A stretch of DNA of 64,000 nucleotides from Chrysomallon squamiferum (Eukaryota; Animalia; Mollusca), in assembly GCA_012295275.1 (NCBI GenBank), contig CM022670.1:34038001-34102000 (forward strand), in the 5' to 3' direction. The notes below the pieces were generated by a model, which made no database searches, had not been told where the DNA came from, and saw only the letters and a program-made list of their open reading frames with translations. Shown piece by piece: positions 58,336 to 64,000 of this stretch. Each line of letters starts with the position of its first letter. Within the stretch, counting starts at the first letter, position 1. The translations under genes and the position numbers were made by a program.

Positions 58336-58780
58336 AAAACAATCAATATTGTTATGACTCACTGGTAATGTGCAGGGTATGTTCTGATATTTATGTTTAT
58401 GTACGAGTTTACAGAACGGCCCACCTACGCCAATTTGGAATGTCTTTATTTTGCATCGTGACTTCACGTACGTAGGAGACTTATGAAGTACTTTGAAACG
58501 TTAATATAAAAATAAAATTCAAAAAATATATCTCATCGACTTGATGCAGGCGAAGGTCGCAAATAATTGTGACTTCACGGTTTGTTTATTCAGTGTTATC
58601 TTTGAAAAGCTTTCGATTTTTAAATTGCTCGTTTGTGCTGGCAGATTAACAAATCAGTGAACACGCAGGGAAAAACAGAACACACGCGCACACACACAGA
58701 TACACATATATGCATACATACTCAGATAAAGTCTCAGTTAATGAGAGATATATAGAGATATAGAGATATATAGACAGATT

Positions 58781-58860
<80 letters not shown>

Positions 58861-59865
58861 AAGTCTGAGGTAGACGAAGAGATATACAGACACAATCATT
58901 CACTAATCATCAAAACATCTGTTGTTAACAACCATTGTGCTCATCAGTATATGGAAAACGGCAGAGCTAACAAGTGATGGCTAATCACCATATTATCACA
59001 GTACTGTGCAACACTCTTCTGTCGATATGGATCAAAGTCAAACATATTGATGTCTGCACACACATCCAGTAGAAATAAGATGATAATATCCATTTCAACA
59101 GATTTACAAGAGTTTGAAACAAAAGCGCCCTAATTATAGTGTGTATATTGAATATGCAAATGTTTGTAGGATCCGGCATCACTTTGTTTATCCTGTTGTA
59201 GTGATGTTTATGTACTCTGCAGCAGGCTCGTCAAACATGCAGCCATTTACAAGCAAACATTTCTACAGCGTTTTCAATCTTTTTGAACGACTTTCGTCGA
59301 CTAATTTCTTTTAACTTCCTGCGAATCACGCGCAGGCCATGAAGAGTTATTGTTTTGTTTTGTTTTTGTTTTTTGTTTTTTTGCAAGTATATATTGCCGT
59401 TAAATTTTTTTTTTCTTTTTTTCTTTTTCTTTTTTCATCAAATTATTTAAATACTTTGTATCCATGAATGCTGCTAAATTACTAAAACATGTGTATGCAC
59501 ATCTGTATTATAGATTAAGCATAGTGCAGATGCAATAATTATAAATCGATTATAATACACTTTTTGTTTCTTAGTTCTGTTGGTGCAGCCCCAAACATAC
59601 TCAAATTTTCTTATGTGGCCATAGGTAAGACTTGAGTTTGACACCCTTGCTCTACAGCTTAAAATCGAATGAATGGTATTAATATAGTAATGTTTCTGCT
59701 CTCCTAGGTATATTTTGTTAAATAAAAAAAGACAAATAAACATCACGCACACAAAAAAATAAATTTAAAAATCAAAAAAATTAAAAAACAAGAAAAAAGA
59801 ACCCATAAAACCATTAAAAAAAAACCCGAAAAAAATGAATAGAGAGTGTGTGTGTGTGTGTGTAT

Positions 59866-59897
<32 letters not shown>

Positions 59898-62760
59898 TTG
59901 TGTTCATACAGTCATGTGCAATCATGAGTCCTTTTTCAAGAGCATGTTTATCTTTCATAAAGCGGTAATTTCAGTTATCCTTGATGGGTCGATTAAATGT
60001 TAGATGTGAGTTGATAAACGCATATAAATAGCGATATTTAAGCGTATGTATGGAACTGTCTGCTGATACCAATATTTATAAGAAATATCAGAATAGAAAT
60101 AAGAAACTGTTCATTCGTGAATATGTCTTGAAGATTGCTACGTACAGTTATCGCAATTTAACGTTCTTCGCGTGTTTTCATGGGACCTCTTAAGACTTAT
60201 TTCTCTGCTTGGATTCTCTATTTTTATATGATGAATGTGTCTTTATCATGTACTTACTTTTAATGGCGATTTTCAAAAAAAAAAAAAAAAAAATACAAAA
60301 AATTCTATCATTTTTGTACTACAGAAATAACATAGATTTTAATTTCTGATAACTCCATTATTTTTATTTTTATTTTCTCCTCTCGGGACCTTGAATATGG
60401 TAAATATAATATATCTTCTTCTTCTTTTAATAATAGTATTTTCGTGGCCTTCAAGTCGTTAACACTTTATTAATGGCCAGCCGTATTTCGATTTCCTTCG
60501 CAAATAGATCAATGAATAATTTAAATACGCTCATTATAGGTGTGAGAAAAGCAAACACCGTGTTTTATCATTTAATAAGTATCCATTAACGTGCAAACAG
60601 AAGATTATTTACAGAATACAAACATATAATGTAAATATCAAAGAATTAAGAAAGCCAGATACAGACGTTTTCAAAATAAGCTTACAAGTTTATTGATTGG
60701 TTTGGACAAGTAGATGAGAAAAGGATGGTATCTTCATTGTTCTGAGATCAAATGTAAACATTAATCTATACATTCACATATATGCACACAGAGGGACAGA
60801 CAAACAGACACACATTCACAGACAACAAGCATACATATAAGAATACATAAATACATAATATTGTTGTTGTTGTTGCTGCTGTTATTATTATTATTATTAT
60901 CATCATCATCATTTTTATTATTATTACTACGATTATTATTATTATTATTTTTTGCTTTGTTTTGCTTTGTTCTATTGGGTTTTTCTTTTTTAATTTTTTT
61001 ATTTTATTTGATTTTTTTTATAATTTGTTTTTTTTTTTTTTTTTCTTTTTATTTGTTTTGTAGTTCATCTAATTTCAAGACTGAAATATCAAATCCTGAA
61101 CATAAAACAGAATACTCTGTACAATCTACATCTGGCATATTTAGAGTCGATGAAATACTACGCACAACTGTAGTAAATCTGAATGTTCTCGCCTCACTCA
61201 GTAAACAATTCTGGATAAGCGTACAATACTGACAGACACGCAATTACAGGATGTAAAAAGTATCAACACTCAATACGATAGTCAACATCAACGGGGCATT
61301 ATATCCGTTCTACAACTGATGCGTCAAAGAATATGTTACTTTTCTAAGAGAAAAATAATCACATTTGAGCATTGCACTTTTATAATACATTCGGGTGAAC
61401 TTAATGTGTAAAGATAAAAAAAAAAAATTATTTATTTATTTATTTTAATTTATTTAATTTTATTTTATGTTTAATATTTTTCAATTTTTTTATTTTTTGT
61501 GGTGTTTGCTATTTTTTGTAGGGTTTTGTGAGAGATTTTTTGGTGGGAAGAATTGAGGTTAATTACCAAATGCTGACTAAATGAGACACTTAAAAACACA
61601 TTTGCAGAGATTATTTTTGAAGAGACTTGCGTACGCCCTAATCGAATATTCTTTGTTTCTGAACACTGATAAGAGCTCATAAGTGCACATAAAATAATTT
61701 GAAAATAAATGAAACACAAAGAATTCAAAAAATAAAACGGCACTTCAACCGCTCAATTTGAAATAATCAAATAACGGCTTTTAACGTCTTTAAAACAGTC
61801 TTCAGAATGAAACTGGTTGACCCTATTCAGTTCTGCGTAGTTTATTTTCTTTCTTCTTTATGTATTTTTTTTGCTGAATCTAATTAAGAATGAAGGTAGA
61901 TGTTTTTGTCAAACAACCAAAGAAAGCTGATTTAAGTTAACGAATTCCTTGTTTTTTTCTACTGTGGACCTAGCCATAACTCTTAAATCGTTATAGAATT
62001 ATGTACGCTAAGGAAATTAATTTAAAGTGGATGTACAAGTTTTATAGTTTATCGTTTAAGTGTCTGAGAGAGAGACAGAGGTAGAGAGACAGAGAGAAGA
62101 AGAAGAAAAAGAAGAAGAAGAAGAAGAAAAAGAATGAGACCATACTTTGGCGCGAATAGACAGAAATATTGATACATAGATAAACAAATATATAAATATA
62201 TACATAAATACATGTATGCATATATACACAGAAAAAAAAAAGACGGGGGGACTGAGACAGATAGACAAAGGGACAGTCCTCAGAGTTATTTATGGTCTTT
62301 TATGTTGTAATTATAGCGATAGACGCTTTTGAATGTAAATATTTTGGGAAAACCGAGAGACAGAAGACAAAAGGACAGCCAGACGCAGTCTTACTCCTCG
62401 GAGTTATTTTATTTATTTGTTGTTATAGTGATAGAAGTTTTTGAATGTAAATACTTTTGGTATGTGAGAGAAAACATTACGTAGACACGTATCTAAGAAG
62501 GACAAAAATGTCAGAACTTTTTACTAGAAATTTGAAGAACAAAAAGAATTGCAAATTAATAATTATGAATATGTGGGGGGAAAAAAAAAGAATTTTTCAA
62601 AGTATTAACTGTCGGTTCATATTCTACAGTTTGAATTACATTAAGATCATCTTCATCTGTTATCTTGTACTTCTGTTCAGCACGTATTATCCTATAAGAA
62701 TGAAGTTCATTAATTTCCTTTTTATTCTTTTATTTTCATTTTTTTTTTTTTTTTTTATTA

Positions 62761-62822
<62 letters not shown>

Positions 62823-63362
62823 TTAAAAATTGGGAACAGATCATATTTAATGCATGTTTAATTTTCCAACAGAAGTTCCCGTGTTGAACCGAATTACCAA
62901 TGTTACTCTAAGTTGCGCTGTTGGTGTATTGGTACCCTGCCCATCAGAATATTGCTGCGTACTTCTAAATGTTGCCTCTTATTTTAATTTACAAAATACC
63001 GTTGTCTGGGACCACTGTATGTTTCCGTTTTTGCTCAAAGTATCAAACGGTCCGCTCAATGGTTTGAAAAATTAGAGGAAAAGAAATCCCAGAAATGGTA
63101 CCCAACACAAGCGTACATGAACCATTTTCAGATGGACACAAAACAACATGAAAGGAATTTTTTAACAAGTGGTAATCTGTTTTTTTTAATATTTCTAATT
63201 CAGTATTAAAATCACCAGAAAACGACACTGTTGAAATAATAAGGATACATGCATTTTCAAAACAACAAAGGTTTTTATTAGTTCAAATAGTTTTAATACA
63301 TTTCAGATATATAATGCAGAGCTTAATAAACACGGAAGGCAAATTAGAAAGTAATTATTAAT

Positions 63363-63401
<39 letters not shown>

Positions 63402-64000
63402 GAAGCACATTTCTGTACGTGATACGAATGATTAAAAAGAAACAATCTTCGGTATTATCCAAAACAGTGTAACTTAGAAAACTCAAAGAACTCAAACCTG
63501 TTTTATGTGAGATATAACTGTCACCGTGGGAACACACACATACATACACACACGCACCACACACCTAGACACAAATACGCGCGCTCTCACACACACACAC
63601 TAATTGCTTCCATAATTTTAACCCTTTTTTAAAATCAATTTGAATGCAACTATGGACAGCTTCATTAATCTGAGTAGCACGCAAAATCTTCAACTAATGT
63701 AGCACGCTTACCACAGTTTTTTTTAACCTTTCAGTTACAAAATTCAAGTAATTTTAATACGTTTTAATTAAAAGCAAATGGAGTAAACATTAATCCAAAA
63801 GTATAACGCCTTAGTTCGTTTGAAATGTAATCAAAAATAAATTTAAAGATGGTTGTTTTAAATTGAGATTAAATTTTTCTGTCTGACTGAAATGCGAAAT
63901 TTTATCCCACTGTTTACTCATTCATTCACGGAATGCTCAAAATACATTTCTATTTTCTCTTTTGTTGTAAATACCGTTGATTAAAAGAGTACATGTCATT

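Noticed and set aside
57811-58384. Direct-repeat-flanked segment with poly-T as a retroposed SINE
   Set aside because: Flanking repeats (~60 bp) are too long for a TSD, the poly-T is on the wrong side, and no A/B boxes were seen.

Overview
AT-rich, microsatellite-dense eukaryotic (animal) DNA; an invertebrate such as a mollusc is inferred from composition and gene content only. The only well-supported protein genes are two tandem, minus-strand, spliced prostanoid (EP4-like) GPCR paralogs. Copy A is join(9232..10089,7783..8376), 483 aa; copy B is join(20396..21253,19275..19937), 506 aa. They lie in a diverged tandem duplication (about 3020-12980 vs 13640-23480, plus a remnant at 38240-38480). 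Two Tigger/pogo-family DNA-transposon derivatives sit head-to-head at the duplication junction. Notable signals: (i) a protein-like open -1 reading frame overlapping the stop codon of both receptors; (ii) an apparent ~15 kb (GA)n-mediated deletion in copy A that removes a TATA/Inr candidate retained upstream of copy B; (iii) a 29-bp minisatellite with CTCF-like and HRE-like cores and a 5-unit (145 bp) higher-order period; (iv) coding exons that look more diverged than the non-coding flanks. The remaining ~40 kb is non-coding, with microsatellites, a 24-bp satellite, small MITE/hairpin elements and local duplications. All identities are hand estimates.
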